Part shown: piece by piece, positions 1 through 10,237 of the stretch | Layout: each line of letters starts with the position of its first letter | How positions within the stretch are numbered: position 1 is the stretch's first letter | NCBI GenBank assembly: GCA_049523135.1 | Contig: JBEKNE010000001.1 | Span: 287,770-351,769, forward strand | Length of the DNA stretch: 64,000 nucleotides | Direction of reading: 5' to 3' | Source: Candidatus Microgenomates bacterium | Lineage (GTDB): Bacteria > Patescibacteriota > Microgenomatia > UBA8517 | Program-made: the position numbers and the translations under genes | The notes under the pieces: model-generated | Told to the model about the DNA's origin: nothing | Databases searched by the model: none | What the model saw: only the letters and a program-made list of their open reading frames with translations

Positions 1-1
1 G

Positions 2-967
2 TCAGTCTTTTGGCAGTCGATGCGCGAATTTCTGATTGAAAAAGGGTTTTTGGAAGTTGAAACTCCTGTTTTGGAAAATACCGCAGGCGGAGCAGATGCC
101 AATCCTTTTATAACACATCATAATGCACTGGATATTGATCTTTATCTTCGTATTTCTACAGGTGAGCTTTGGCAGAAGAGGCTAATGGTTGGAGGTTTTG
201 ATAAAACCTTTGAAATCGGCAGACAGTTCAGAAACGAAGGAATAGATCGCGAGCATCTTCAGGATTATACCCAGATGGAATTTTATTGGGCTTATGCAAA
301 TTATGAAGATACTATGAAGCTGGTTGAAGAAATGTATAAATATGTGGCGGAAAAGACGTTTGGAACTTTGAAGTTTGAGATAGGAGGACATAAGGTTGAC
401 TTGGGAAGTGAATGGAAAAAAATTAATTATCGGGAGACCTTGCTTAAGGAAACCGATATAGATATCTCTAAAGCAACAGGAGAGGAACTTAAAAACGAAT
501 TAAAGAAAAGAAAAATTGAGTACGAAGAAAACGGCGAAAAAGGAAGACTTATAGACTCTCTTTGGAAGTCCGTGAGAAAAAATATTGCCGGTCCGGTCTT
601 TTTGGTTGGACATCCGGTTGAGGTTTCCCCGCTTGCAAAGAGGATGGAGAAAAGCCCCGAATTTGTTGAAAGGTATCAGATAATTATTGCAGGAAGCGAA
701 CTTGGCAATGGTTACTCCGAGCTTAACGACCCGATTGATCAGGCAAAGCGTTTTGGTGAACAGGAAAGAATGCGCAAGAAGGGAGACCTTGAAGCCCAAA
801 TGGAGGATAGTGATTTTGTAAGAGCGCTGGAATATGGAATGCCGCCGGTTTCAGGATTTGGAGTATCCGAACGGCTTTTTTCCTACTTGGCAGGAAAGTC
901 AATTCGTGAGACAGTACTATTCCCTCTCTTAAGACCGGAGGATGGAAAGAAGGTGATTATGAAATGA
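2..967 (+). CDS. lysS: Lysyl-tRNA synthetase (class II), catalytic domain; 5' end lies outside the window
   Basis: The ORF reads open to the window edge. The class II aaRS motifs and lysS-like sequence (FRNEGID, GYSELNDP, GMPPVSGFG) are recognisable in the translation. Confidence 0.9.
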   Translation, partial: SVFWQSMREFLIEKGFLEVETPVLENTAGGADANPFITHHNALDIDLYLRISTGELWQKRLMVGGFDKTFEIGRQFRNEGIDREHLQDYTQMEFYWAYANYEDTMKLVEEMYKYVAEKTFGTLKFEIGGHKVDLGSEWKKINYRETLLKETDIDISKATGEELKNELKKRKIEYEENGEKGRLIDSLWKSVRKNIAGPVFLVGHPVEVSPLAKRMEKSPEFVERYQIIIAGSELGNGYSELNDPIDQAKRFGEQERMRKKGDLEAQMEDSDFVRALEYGMPPVSGFGVSERLFSYLAGKSIRETVLFPLLRPEDGKKVIMK

Positions 968-1257
968 AAGAAGAAATGATGTGGAAAAGAATAAAGTGGA
1001 TGAAGAAAAGTGTAGCTCTTGATTTCCTCTTGAGCTTGTCATTTTCATTTTTTGGATTGCTTTTAATTTTCGGACTGGGTTTTGTATTCCCGACAATTGA
1101 TCCTTATGTTGTAATCAAATGGATTATTATCGTCTGTGCTGTTGTTTTTGTCTATTCATTTGTTAGTTTCTTGGTAATGAAGATTATGGTTATTAAGGCA
1201 AAGATGGCAACCGGAGTTTGGAAATTTGCAAAGAGTAAAAAAACTTCCAAGAAATAA
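964..1257 (+). CDS. Small predicted 2-TM membrane protein (hypothetical)
   Basis: 97-aa ORF whose ATG overlaps the lysS stop (ATGA). Two hydrophobic helices and a Lys-rich tail; no recognisable family. Confidence 0.35.
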   Translation: MKEEMMWKRIKWMKKSVALDFLLSLSFSFFGLLLIFGLGFVFPTIDPYVVIKWIIIVCAVVFVYSFVSFLVMKIMVIKAKMATGVWKFAKSKKTSKK

Positions 1258-1262
1258 TAGTA

Positions 1263-1817
1263 ATGACTAAGGAAAAAGCACTTAAGCTTTTGCGTTTAAA
1301 AATACAATCGCAAAATCTGCAGAGGCATTGTTATAGTGTTGGTGCTGTTATGTGTGCTTTGGCTGAATATTTTGGAGAAGATAAGGATTTGTGGGAAGTG
1401 GCCGGTCTTGTTCATGACATTGACTACGAAAAATATCCTGATACTCACCCCCTTAAGGGGTTAGAAATTCTTCGGAAGGAAGGTTATCCAACGGAAATTA
1501 TTGATGCAGTTGCGACCCATGCTTGGGGTTACAATGACAAATCTCCCAAGCCCAAAAACAAAATGGAGTGGTCACTATACTGTTGCGATGAACTCACAGG
1601 GCTAATTGTTGCGTGCACCCTTATCCGGCCAAGTAAAAAGATTGCAGATGTTACGGTTGATAATATTTTAAGCAAGTGGAAGTCAAAATCTTTTGCGGCA
1701 GGTGTAGACAGGAGCCAAATTGAGAAATGCGAGAAAGAACTGGGAATTCCCTTGAATGAATTTATTAGTATTTCATTAAAGGCTATGCAGGAAATCCATG
1801 AGGATTTAGGATTATAA
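1263..1817 (+). CDS. HD-domain phosphohydrolase (HDIG-like)
   Basis: HD motif (VHDIDYEKY) and a later metal-binding His-Asp region; ~180 aa, typical of stand-alone HD hydrolases. Confidence 0.65.
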   Translation: MTKEKALKLLRLKIQSQNLQRHCYSVGAVMCALAEYFGEDKDLWEVAGLVHDIDYEKYPDTHPLKGLEILRKEGYPTEIIDAVATHAWGYNDKSPKPKNKMEWSLYCCDELTGLIVACTLIRPSKKIADVTVDNILSKWKSKSFAAGVDRSQIEKCEKELGIPLNEFISISLKAMQEIHEDLGL

Positions 1818-1824
1818 TTTAAAT

Positions 1825-3069
1825 ATGCTGGATATTAATTTCATCCGCGAAAATAAGGATTTGGTGAAAAAAGGAGTTGCCGATAAACAGTTTTATCCTG
1901 GCTTGGTTGATAAGGTTTTGGATCTTGATACAGGTAGGAGAAAGTTAATTCTTGAAATAGAACAGCTTCGGGCAAAGCGCAATAAAATTGCCGAGGAGAA
2001 AAAGCCCTCCGAAGAAGGTAAGAAAATTAAGGAAGAACTGAAAGATAAAGAACCGGAGCTTGTGAAAATAACAGAGCAATATTTGGAAACTTTACAAAAA
2101 ATTCCCAATTTGCCTTCATCAAAATCCCCAATAGGTAAAAGCGACAAGGAAAATATTGAAGTCAGAAAATGGGGAACACCTACCAAATTTAATTTCAAAC
2201 CGAAAGATCATCTTGAACTTGGAAAAACGTTGGGAATACTGGACTTTGAAACGGGGGCAAAAGTTACAGGATCACAGTTTTTCTTTCTTTATGGTGACGG
2301 AGCTCTTCTCGAGCTTGCCCTGACTCACTACGTTTTTGATAAACTTGGTAAACTCGGATTTTTACCCGTAATTACGCCCGATCTTGCCAAAAGCCGATAC
2401 TACCTCGGAACCGGTTATGCACCAAAAGGCAACGAGGCTCAAACTTACACAATTGAGGGCACTGATTTGGGATTAATTGCGACGGCTGAGGTAACACTTG
2501 CCGGAGCTCATTCCGATGAAGTAATCCCTGAAGATAAACTACCTTTAAAATATGTAGGTTACTCGCACTGTTTTAGACAGGAAGCCGGAGCTTACGGAAA
2601 ATATTCAAAGGGTTTTTACAGAGTTCATCAATTTGGTAAGACGGAGATGTTTATTTACTGCAAGCCCGAGGAATCGGAAAAATTTCATGAATTAATACTG
2701 AAAATGGAGGAAGAAATTTATCAGGAACTGGGACTTCCTTATCGGGTGGTTGAAATGTGCACGGGAGATCTTGGAGCGCAGGCCTCAAGAAAATTTGATA
2801 TAGAAGTTTGGATGCCCGGAAGGGATGATTATGGGGAAGTTACCTCAACTTCTAATTGTACTGATTATCAGGCAAGAAATCTGAATATCAAATTCAGAAG
2901 GCACACTGGTGAAACAGAATATGTTCATATGCTAAATGGTACCGCGATTGTAATGTCACGTGTTCCTCTGGCAATTCTGGAAAATTTTCAACAAAAAGAC
3001 GGAAGCATTAAAATCCCCGAAGTTCTTCAAAAGTGGATGGGGAAGGAAAAGATTGAAGTTAGGAAATAA
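1825..3069 (+). CDS. serS: Seryl-tRNA synthetase
   Basis: N-terminal coiled-coil arm followed by class II catalytic motifs (GYSHCFRQEAG, FEKTEMF-like, TSTSNCTDYQARNL). Length 414 aa. Confidence 0.9.
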   Translation: MLDINFIRENKDLVKKGVADKQFYPGLVDKVLDLDTGRRKLILEIEQLRAKRNKIAEEKKPSEEGKKIKEELKDKEPELVKITEQYLETLQKIPNLPSSKSPIGKSDKENIEVRKWGTPTKFNFKPKDHLELGKTLGILDFETGAKVTGSQFFFLYGDGALLELALTHYVFDKLGKLGFLPVITPDLAKSRYYLGTGYAPKGNEAQTYTIEGTDLGLIATAEVTLAGAHSDEVIPEDKLPLKYVGYSHCFRQEAGAYGKYSKGFYRVHQFGKTEMFIYCKPEESEKFHELILKMEEEIYQELGLPYRVVEMCTGDLGAQASRKFDIEVWMPGRDDYGEVTSTSNCTDYQARNLNIKFRRHTGETEYVHMLNGTAIVMSRVPLAILENFQQKDGSIKIPEVLQKWMGKEKIEVRK

Positions 3070-3282
3070 TTATTTTCTACCGTCGCGTTTTATATGTTTT
3101 TTACAATTTTCTGCGATTCTTAGGGTTTCTGCCGGTTTTGATCCGTTTTCTCTAGGTGTTTCGCATGGCACAATTGGAGAATGTTTTTCAGACTCTTGTG
3201 GAGGTGGATTTAAATTTGGCTTTCTTTCCATGTGACAATAAATAAAGGATAATCGGAATAGATTAAATTTCAATAAGTAGAT

Positions 3283-4461
3283 TTAGCTTTCAAATTTTTT
3301 GAAATATTTTTTCCCTTGGAGTTTTTCGGGTAGATGGCTTTGGGTGTCATATTTTTCATAACCCTCTCCATAGCCAACATCTTTCATCAATTTTGTAACG
3401 GGATTTCGGATTTTGAGAGGAACCGGAAGATTGCCGAATTTATTAACATCAGCTAGAGCTTCCATGTATGCATTATAAGCACTGCGGTCTTTTTTGGCGT
3501 TTGCTAGGTAGGTAACTCCTGCTGCCAGATTTTCCTGACACTCTGGATAACCGATCTCGTTACAGGCTTGAAAAACCGCATTGGCCACAACCAGTGCAGT
3601 TGGAGAGGCAACGTCCTCTGAAGCGAATACAACCATCCTGCGGGCAATGTAGAGAGGATCCTGACCTGCAGCAACCATTCTGGCCAGATAGTAAAGAGCT
3701 GCATCGGTATCGCTTGCGCGCATTGATTTTATGAATGCCGAAATGACATTGTAAAAATCCTCTCCGCGCTTATCGAAAGTGTATTGACGTCTTTGAAGTG
3801 CGGTTTCGAGATCGGGAATTTTTATAGTGGGGGTTTTAACAAGGCTTGATGCAATTTCCAAAACATTAAGCATTACGCGGGCGTCCCCATTACTGGCTTC
3901 CAACAAAAACTTTTCTGCTTCTTTTCCTAATTTTTTCTTAACCTGTTTGAGGGCTCTGTCCAAAATTTTTAATAAATCTTTTTCTGAGAGCTGCTCTAAA
4001 ATTAAAACACGGCACCTGGAAAGAAGCGGTCCGATTACTTCAAAAGAAGGATTTTCTGTTGTGGCCCCTATCAAAATTATGTCGCCGTGTTCAACATGAG
4101 GGAGAAGCTTATCCTGCTGGGCTTTATTAAATCTGTGGATTTCATCCAAGAATATAATTGGAGAATTTGTTAATTTAAGCTGTTTTTGATCCTGAATTAA
4201 AGATTCAATGTCTTTGACTTTTGTGTTAACTGCAGAAAATTCAAAGAATTCCCGTTTTAAAGTTGCAGCGATTATTCTTGCCAGTGTTGTTTTTCCCGAG
4301 CCGGGCGGACCCCAAAAAATCAGCGACGGGAAAAAATTTGATGTTTTTGCGTTGACAAAAAGCTTGGAAATTATTCCGTCTTTTCCAACCAAGTCTTCCT
4401 GTCCGACAAAATCTTTTAAAGTTTTTGGGCGTAATTTTTCTGGGAGGGGAATATTGTTCAT
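3283..4461 (-). CDS. rarA: Replication-associated recombination protein A (AAA+ ATPase RarA/MgsA)
   Basis: Walker A GPPGSGKTT and Walker B/sensor region FLDEIHRFNKAQQD. The conserved MgsA C-terminal domain is present. Start moved to the internal ATG (MNNIPLPEKLRP...), which matches the conserved RarA N-terminus. Confidence 0.85.
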   Translation of the reverse strand: MNNIPLPEKLRPKTLKDFVGQEDLVGKDGIISKLFVNAKTSNFFPSLIFWGPPGSGKTTLARIIAATLKREFFEFSAVNTKVKDIESLIQDQKQLKLTNSPIIFLDEIHRFNKAQQDKLLPHVEHGDIILIGATTENPSFEVIGPLLSRCRVLILEQLSEKDLLKILDRALKQVKKKLGKEAEKFLLEASNGDARVMLNVLEIASSLVKTPTIKIPDLETALQRRQYTFDKRGEDFYNVISAFIKSMRASDTDAALYYLARMVAAGQDPLYIARRMVVFASEDVASPTALVVANAVFQACNEIGYPECQENLAAGVTYLANAKKDRSAYNAYMEALADVNKFGNLPVPLKIRNPVTKLMKDVGYGEGYEKYDTQSHLPEKLQGKKYFKKFES

Positions 4462-4529
4462 TGAGTATTTTATATCACCAAACAAAATCCGAAACAAGTA
4501 TGCACTTCAGCTTGCGCTATAATCAAATT

Positions 4530-5156
4530 ATGTTGGGAACGAGGGTCTTGGAAGAAAGAGAATCAAAATACAACGGCAATCTGCGCGTGATTAATACTTT
4601 TGGAATGGGAACTTATATCCAAGCGGATGGGCTTACACAGTCAGGGGGAATAGTGGAAACAATTTGGAGACAAACTATCAAGAAAGTTAAAAGTAAAAAA
4701 CCGAAAGCTAAAAATTGTCTAATCTTGGGGCTTGGTGGCGGAACTGTGGCAAAATTAATTAAAAAAAACTGGCCGGAAGTTAGAATTGCAGGAATCGAAA
4801 TAGATCCGATTATGATAGAACTCGGGAAAAAATATTTAGGACTGGATCAGTTAGAGGTTGAAACAAAAATTGGAGACGCGTTTCAAGTAAATCAAAAATT
4901 AAAAAATGAAAAGTTTGATTTAATTATTGTCGATTTATATAACGGCGATAAATTTCCCGAAAAATTTGGAACGGAAAACTATATACGGTTTATGAGGACA
5001 ATTCTTACAAGTGGGGGAATTGTCGTTTTCAATCGTTTATATTATGGAGACAAAAGGCCGGAGACGGTAAAGTTTGGAGATAAACTCAAAAAAATCTTTT
5101 CGGAAGTTGAATGGTTTTATCCTGAGGCTAATTTGATGTTTCTTTGTTCAGGGTAG
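4530..5156 (+). CDS. Spermidine-synthase-like class I SAM-dependent methyltransferase-fold protein (short form)
   Basis: Gly-rich SAM/dcSAM loop LILGLGGGTVA and an IVDLYNGD acidic motif resembling aminopropyltransferases. Start placed at the ATG 6 nt downstream of a TATAAT (4518-4523). The upstream in-frame ATG at 4500 is the alternative. Confidence 0.5.
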   Translation: MLGTRVLEERESKYNGNLRVINTFGMGTYIQADGLTQSGGIVETIWRQTIKKVKSKKPKAKNCLILGLGGGTVAKLIKKNWPEVRIAGIEIDPIMIELGKKYLGLDQLEVETKIGDAFQVNQKLKNEKFDLIIVDLYNGDKFPEKFGTENYIRFMRTILTSGGIVVFNRLYYGDKRPETVKFGDKLKKIFSEVEWFYPEANLMFLCSG

Positions 5157-5182
5157 CTTCAAACCTGCTACAATATATAGCG

Positions 5183-7900
5183 ATGCTTAATATATTTTCT
5201 AGAATTTTGGATCTTAACGCCCGCGAAATTGACAGAGTCGGAAGAATTGTTGAGGAAATTAATTCATTTGAACCGAAAGTTAAAAAACTTAAGGATAAAG
5301 ATTTTGCCAAAAAAACCGAGGAGTTCAAAGAGAGAATCTCAAAAGGCGAATCTTTGGAAAAAATTCTTCCCGAGGCTTATGCACTTGTCCGCGAAGCTTC
5401 TTATAGAATCCTCGGAATGCGGCATTACGACGTTCAGCTTATGGCTGCAGTAGCGCTTTTCGAAGGCAAAGTTGCGGAACAAAAGACCGGAGAAGGAAAA
5501 ACTTTATCGGCTGTTCCCGCACTTTATCTCCATGCTTTAACGGGACGTGGTGCCCATCTTGTTACTGTAAATGATTATCTTGCCAGAAGGGATGCCGGCT
5601 GGAATGCACCTGTTTTTAATCTTTTGGGAATGAGTGTGGGTTCGATTATTCAGGAAAATAAATCATTTGTTTATGATCCTGAATTTACCGATTCAAGTCA
5701 TGGGGATGAAAGACTTGCCCACCTTAAACCTGCAGAAAGAAAACTGGCTTACCAAAGCGATATTTTATACGGAACCAATAATGAATTTGGTTTTGATTAC
5801 CTTAGAGATAACATGGTTTCCTCATTACCTGAAATGGTCCAGCGCGGGCACTATTTTGCAATAGTTGATGAGGTGGATTCCATTTTGATTGATGAAGCCA
5901 GAACCCCGCTTATTATTTCCGCTCCTGATACGGAACCGACGGATAAATATTATAAATTTGCTTCCATGGTTGATAAGTTAAATCCGGATACGGATTATAC
6001 AATTGATGAAAAAGCCAAAAGCGCGAGCCTAACGGAAACAGGAATTACTCGAGTAGAAAAAATACTCGGAGTGGACAACCTTTATGAAAAGGACTTCGAA
6101 TCAATTCATCATATTGAAAATGCTCTCCGGGCAAGAACTTTGTATCTCCGGGATAAAGATTATGTGGTTAAAGATAATCAAGTCATAATTGTTGACGAAT
6201 TTACGGGACGTCTTATGGTCGGCCGCCGCTGGAGTGACGGACTTCATCAGGCGGTTGAAGCAAAAGAGGGTGTGACGATTCAGCAGGAAAGCAAAACCTT
6301 GGCAACAATTTCTTTTCAAAATTACTTCAGAATGTATGAGCATCTTAGCGGAATGACGGGTACCGCCGCAACCGAGGCGGAGGAATTCAGAAAAATTTAT
6401 AAGTTGGAAGTTATTGTTGTTCCGACTAATAAACCAATGATCAGGCGCGACCTGCCTGACGTGATTTATAAGACCTTGAGAGGAAAGTATGGTGCAATTG
6501 TTAATGAAATTGGGGAGTGTTATAAAAAAGGGCAACCTGTGCTTGTAGGTACAACCTCAATTGAGAAGAATGAAATAATTTCGGAATATCTTAAAAGAAA
6601 GAAAATTCCTCATAATGTTCTAAACGCCAAAAATCACGAAAAAGAGGCGGAAATTATTGCTGAAGCCGGAAAACCGAGCGCGGTAACTGTTGCCACCAAC
6701 ATGGCCGGCCGTGGAGTTGATATAGTTCTCGGCGGTGCGGCTCCCGATAGATTGCCAGGGGTTAGTAATGAAAAATTCGAGTCGTTACCGGCTTATAAGG
6801 AGTGGAAGAAAGTTCATGAAAAAGTTGTAAAAGCAGGTGGTCTTCATGTAATTGGAACTGAACGTCATGAGGCACGTCGTGTAGATAATCAGCTTAGAGG
6901 AAGAAGCGGTCGTCAGGGAGATCCCGGAAGTTCCCGTTTTTACCTTTCAATGGAAGACGATCTTATGAGAATTTTCGGAGGGGAACAAATCGGGGGAATC
7001 ATGGGCAGGCTAAATCTTCCCGAAGACCAACCGATTGAAAATTCGTTAATCAGTCGTGCTATTGAGCAGGCACAGGTAAAAGTTGAAGGATTCCATTTTG
7101 ATATCAGAAAACGTCTTGTTGAATTTGATGATGTTGCAAACCAGCAAAGAGATATTATTTATAAACTAAGGAGGAGAATTCTTGACTCGAGTGACGTTAA
7201 AAGGGAGGTTCAGGAAAAACTCCATCAGCAAATAGAAAATACCGTACTTTTGAGCAAATCCGCAACAGATGAAAAATTTGATTATGAAAGGTTAGCGGTA
7301 GGACTTGCTGATATTATTCCTTTTGATGACGCTTCTTTAAAAAGAATCAAATCTCAACTCTCAAATATTGGGTCTCAAGAAGAAATTCAAAAATTTCTTG
7401 ATACTGTTTTGATGGATGTCTACGAGAAAAGGGAAAAAGATTTGAGTGCCAAAGTAATGAGAGAAGTTGAAAAGTTTGCCTATCTAGGTTCAATTGATCA
7501 TCTTTGGATGGATCACATTGATCATATTGATGATCTCCGCGAAGGCGTAACTCTCAGGGCCTACGGGCAGAGAGATCCTTTAGTTGAATTTAAAAATGAA
7601 GCCTACAATTTGTTTGAAAATTTAGTTAATAGAATTGATGAGGAGCTATCCCACAGAATCTTCAGAATTGGAGTTGCAATGCCGCAACCTGAAATTCCTT
7701 TGAATTTGGCAAGAGAAAATATAGATAGAAGTGATATGGAGGGTTTAGCCGGTAATGCGGAGCAGACAGCCAAATCCGGTGAGCCTGCTTTTGCCAAGTC
7801 AAATGTGGTGCATAAAAAAATCGGAAGAAATGATCCCTGCTGGTGTGGAAGCGGAAAAAAGTGGAAGCATTGCCACTATCCCCAATTGCCACCGAATTAA
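5183..7900 (+). CDS. secA: Preprotein translocase ATPase SecA
   Basis: Full-length SecA with its DEAD-like motor and a C-terminal zinc-binding tail CWCGSGKKWKHCH. Start chosen at MLNIFSRILD, which aligns to canonical SecA N-termini. Confidence 0.95.
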   Translation: MLNIFSRILDLNAREIDRVGRIVEEINSFEPKVKKLKDKDFAKKTEEFKERISKGESLEKILPEAYALVREASYRILGMRHYDVQLMAAVALFEGKVAEQKTGEGKTLSAVPALYLHALTGRGAHLVTVNDYLARRDAGWNAPVFNLLGMSVGSIIQENKSFVYDPEFTDSSHGDERLAHLKPAERKLAYQSDILYGTNNEFGFDYLRDNMVSSLPEMVQRGHYFAIVDEVDSILIDEARTPLIISAPDTEPTDKYYKFASMVDKLNPDTDYTIDEKAKSASLTETGITRVEKILGVDNLYEKDFESIHHIENALRARTLYLRDKDYVVKDNQVIIVDEFTGRLMVGRRWSDGLHQAVEAKEGVTIQQESKTLATISFQNYFRMYEHLSGMTGTAATEAEEFRKIYKLEVIVVPTNKPMIRRDLPDVIYKTLRGKYGAIVNEIGECYKKGQPVLVGTTSIEKNEIISEYLKRKKIPHNVLNAKNHEKEAEIIAEAGKPSAVTVATNMAGRGVDIVLGGAAPDRLPGVSNEKFESLPAYKEWKKVHEKVVKAGGLHVIGTERHEARRVDNQLRGRSGRQGDPGSSRFYLSMEDDLMRIFGGEQIGGIMGRLNLPEDQPIENSLISRAIEQAQVKVEGFHFDIRKRLVEFDDVANQQRDIIYKLRRRILDSSDVKREVQEKLHQQIENTVLLSKSATDEKFDYERLAVGLADIIPFDDASLKRIKSQLSNIGSQEEIQKFLDTVLMDVYEKREKDLSAKVMREVEKFAYLGSIDHLWMDHIDHIDDLREGVTLRAYGQRDPLVEFKNEAYNLFENLVNRIDEELSHRIFRIGVAMPQPEIPLNLARENIDRSDMEGLAGNAEQTAKSGEPAFAKSNVVHKKIGRNDPCWCGSGKKWKHCHYPQLPPN

Positions 7901-7911
7901 TTTGTTATAAT
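7886..7911 (+). promoter_or_regulatory. Possible promoter (TTGCCA - 14 nt - TATAAT) 7 nt upstream of the FKBP ATG
   Basis: TATAAT at 7906-7911 with the ATG at 7919. The -35 spacing is suboptimal. Confidence 0.3.
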
Positions 7912-7918
7912 AACTTCC

Positions 7919-8431
7919 ATGAATAAGCAATATTTATTTGTTACGATTTTTCTTATTGTTTTAATCATTGGTGGTGTAATTTTTACCTTTTCTGGGAAAA
8001 AGGAAGAAAAGCAAGTATTACAAACCCCAACTCCTTCTGCTACTATTACTCCTGAGGCATCAGAGACGCCGGCGGCAACAGAGTCTGCTAAAATACAAAC
8101 CATGGAAGACGGATTACAAATTCAAGATGAAGTAGTGGGAACAGGGGTAGAAGCAGTAAGTGGGAAAAGCGTAACGGTAAATTATGTCGGAACTCTTACC
8201 GACGGGACAAAATTTGACAGCTCTTATGACAGAAACCAACCCTTTACCTTTACACTTGGCGCCGGTGAAGTTATTCAGGGATGGGATCAGGGAGTTGCCG
8301 GAATGAAGGTTGGAGGAAAAAGAAAATTAACAATTCCTTCGTCTCTCGGATACGGTGCGACAGGAGCCGGTGGGGCAATTCCTCCCAATGCGACTTTAAT
8401 TTTTGAAGTAGAACTTCTTAAGGTTGAATAA
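7919..8431 (+). CDS. Membrane-anchored FKBP-type peptidyl-prolyl cis-trans isomerase
   Basis: N-terminal TM helix, then a Thr/Pro/Ala-rich linker, then an FKBP domain (VTVNYVGTLTDGTKFDSSYDRNQPFTFTLGAGEVIQGWDQG...LIFEVELL). Confidence 0.8.
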   Translation: MNKQYLFVTIFLIVLIIGGVIFTFSGKKEEKQVLQTPTPSATITPEASETPAATESAKIQTMEDGLQIQDEVVGTGVEAVSGKSVTVNYVGTLTDGTKFDSSYDRNQPFTFTLGAGEVIQGWDQGVAGMKVGGKRKLTIPSSLGYGATGAGGAIPPNATLIFEVELLKVE

Positions 8432-9534
8432 TGGCAAGAAAGTTTTTTAAGTCTAGAAGTAGCAATATTCCTCTGCCGATATTTTTTCCGGATGCAACAC
8501 GGGCAGTTGTAAGGTCGATCGATACATCTGATCTTGAATCTTCAAAAACTCCGGGCGTTTTAGTAAATACTTTTCATCTTTGGCAGGAGCTTAATGAGAG
8601 CACTTTAAAAAAATTTGACGGAATCGCAAAATTCATGGGTTTTAAGGGTGGAATAATCTCTGATTCCGGGGGATTCCAAGTAATGTCTGTGATTAAATCC
8701 GGAAATGTTAAAGGAAGAATTACGGACGAAGGTGTTGTTTTTTATCCAACCAGAAAAACCAAAAAAATTTTAACTCCGGAAAAATCAATTGATTTTCAGA
8801 TTGAGTTGAAAAGCGATATGGTTATCGTACTGGATGATTTTACGAATCCGAAATCTTCATATAAAGAAGCTAGAGAGTCGGTTGAGCGGACTATCTTTTG
8901 GGCAAAGCGCAGTAAAGATGAATTTATCAAAGTTTGTGATCGGGAGAAACTTGGTGAGGCCGAAAGACCCTACATTTTGGGTGTAGTGCAAGGCGGGAAG
9001 TACCAAGATCTTAGAAAATATTGTGCGGAAGAACTGACAAAGATTGGTTTTGATGGCTTGGGTTTCGGTGGTTGGCCGATTGATGATAAAGGAAATTTTG
9101 ATCTTGATTCGGCAAAGACAATTGTCGAAAACACACCCGAAAATTATTTTTTGTACGGACTCGGAGTCGGAAAACCGGAGGATATTATTAAATGCGTCAA
9201 ATTGGGATTTAATATTTTTGATTGTGTTTTACCGACACGTGACGCGCGGCACGAGCGGCTCTATATTTACAACGCCGGATCGATTGATGAAATTAATATA
9301 ATGAAGCCCGATTTTTATTCTTTTTATAGACCCGATAGGGAAAAATGTTTAGATGATGGCTCCCCAGTAAGCCTTGCTTGTGATTGTCTTCTTTGTAAAA
9401 AATACTCAAAAGCTTATCTTGCACACCTTTTTAAAATTAACGACTTTACCGCCGGTAGGCTTGCGACGATTCATAATTTGAGATTTTATTCCATATTTAT
9501 GGAAAAACTTCGGGAAACTCTTGACAGGAAGTAG
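8431..9534 (+). CDS. tgt: tRNA-guanine transglycosylase family (queuine tRNA-ribosyltransferase-like)
   Basis: Catalytic DSGGFQ and FDCV motifs and a C-terminal zinc site CDCLLC...H. The N-terminus is shorter and more divergent than classical bacterial Tgt. Confidence 0.8.
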   Translation: MARKFFKSRSSNIPLPIFFPDATRAVVRSIDTSDLESSKTPGVLVNTFHLWQELNESTLKKFDGIAKFMGFKGGIISDSGGFQVMSVIKSGNVKGRITDEGVVFYPTRKTKKILTPEKSIDFQIELKSDMVIVLDDFTNPKSSYKEARESVERTIFWAKRSKDEFIKVCDREKLGEAERPYILGVVQGGKYQDLRKYCAEELTKIGFDGLGFGGWPIDDKGNFDLDSAKTIVENTPENYFLYGLGVGKPEDIIKCVKLGFNIFDCVLPTRDARHERLYIYNAGSIDEINIMKPDFYSFYRPDREKCLDDGSPVSLACDCLLCKKYSKAYLAHLFKINDFTAGRLATIHNLRFYSIFMEKLRETLDRK

Positions 9535-9550
9535 TGTAAGTGTTTATACT
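9521..9550 (+). promoter_or_regulatory. Sigma70-like promoter (TTGACA - 18 nt - TATACT) ~11 nt upstream of the 9562 start codon
   Basis: Perfect -35 hexamer TTGACA at 9521-9526 and TATACT at 9545-9550. No Shine-Dalgarno between the -10 and the ATG. Confidence 0.45.
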
Positions 9551-9561
9551 GCTACGCAAAT

Positions 9562-10215
9562 ATGGAAGACGAACAAAATTCGCAAAGTCAGACACAGGAA
9601 AGTCCTCAAGTTTCCAGTCCAACACAGGGAAACGGGGTTTCTTTCCCGACAGTAGGTGAACCAAAGAAAAGCGGGGGAGCAAAAACCTTGTTGATTATTG
9701 GAATTCTTATATTAGTCGGAATACTTGGATTTGTGATTTATAAAAATGCTTCTAAAGGAAGTGAGACAACTTTAACTCAGCCAACACCTTATGACAATTT
9801 AACAACTTCGGATCAGAATCAAGCTACTACGGTAGCTACGGCAACACCGGCAGCTTTCGATAGAAGTAAAATTAAAGTCCAAATTCAAAACGGAACAGGT
9901 ATTGCAGGAGAAGCAGCATATCTCCAAACTCAGTTAAAGGGATTGGGATATACAAGTGTTTCAGTTGCGAATTCCGCTCAGCAAAATTTAACCACTGCAC
10001 AGGTTAGTTTCTCGAGTTCGCTTTCACAAAGTGCGGTTGATGAGCTGACTAATGAACTTAATTCAATTTATCAAAATGTTACCAGTACGAATTCCGCGAG
10101 CCCCACTTATGATGTTGTTATCATAACAGGACTCAGAAAAGGAGCGACAGCTAAGCCTTCGGCTACACCAACTTCGACTCCGGCCGCTACGCCGACAGCT
10201 TCACCTACTCCGTAA
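9562..10215 (+). CDS. Membrane-anchored LytR_C-like domain protein with Pro/Thr/Ala-rich termini
   Basis: TM helix, a LytR_C-like core (KVQIQNGTGIAGEAAYLQTQLKGLGY) and a low-complexity C-terminal tail ATAKPSATPTSTPAATPTASPTP. Confidence 0.5.
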   Translation: MEDEQNSQSQTQESPQVSSPTQGNGVSFPTVGEPKKSGGAKTLLIIGILILVGILGFVIYKNASKGSETTLTQPTPYDNLTTSDQNQATTVATATPAAFDRSKIKVQIQNGTGIAGEAAYLQTQLKGLGYTSVSVANSAQQNLTTAQVSFSSSLSQSAVDELTNELNSIYQNVTSTNSASPTYDVVIITGLRKGATAKPSATPTSTPAATPTASPTP

Positions 10216-10237
10216 TTCTTCTGTGTTAAAATAAATT

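Noticed and set aside
182-799. Two minus-strand ORFs (69 and 99 aa) inside lysS
   Set aside because: They are antisense to a clearly conserved aaRS coding region and their translations are low-complexity.
3070-3273. 67-aa minus-strand ORF in the convergent serS/rarA intergenic region
   Set aside because: It has no recognisable motif or start context. The region more likely holds the 3' UTRs and terminators of the two convergent genes. The ORF track's 91-aa plus-strand ORF 2960..3235 is an alternative frame running through the serS 3' end and is equally unsupported.
6101-6535. 144-aa minus-strand ORF inside secA
   Set aside because: It is antisense to the highly conserved SecA motor domain and has no independent support.
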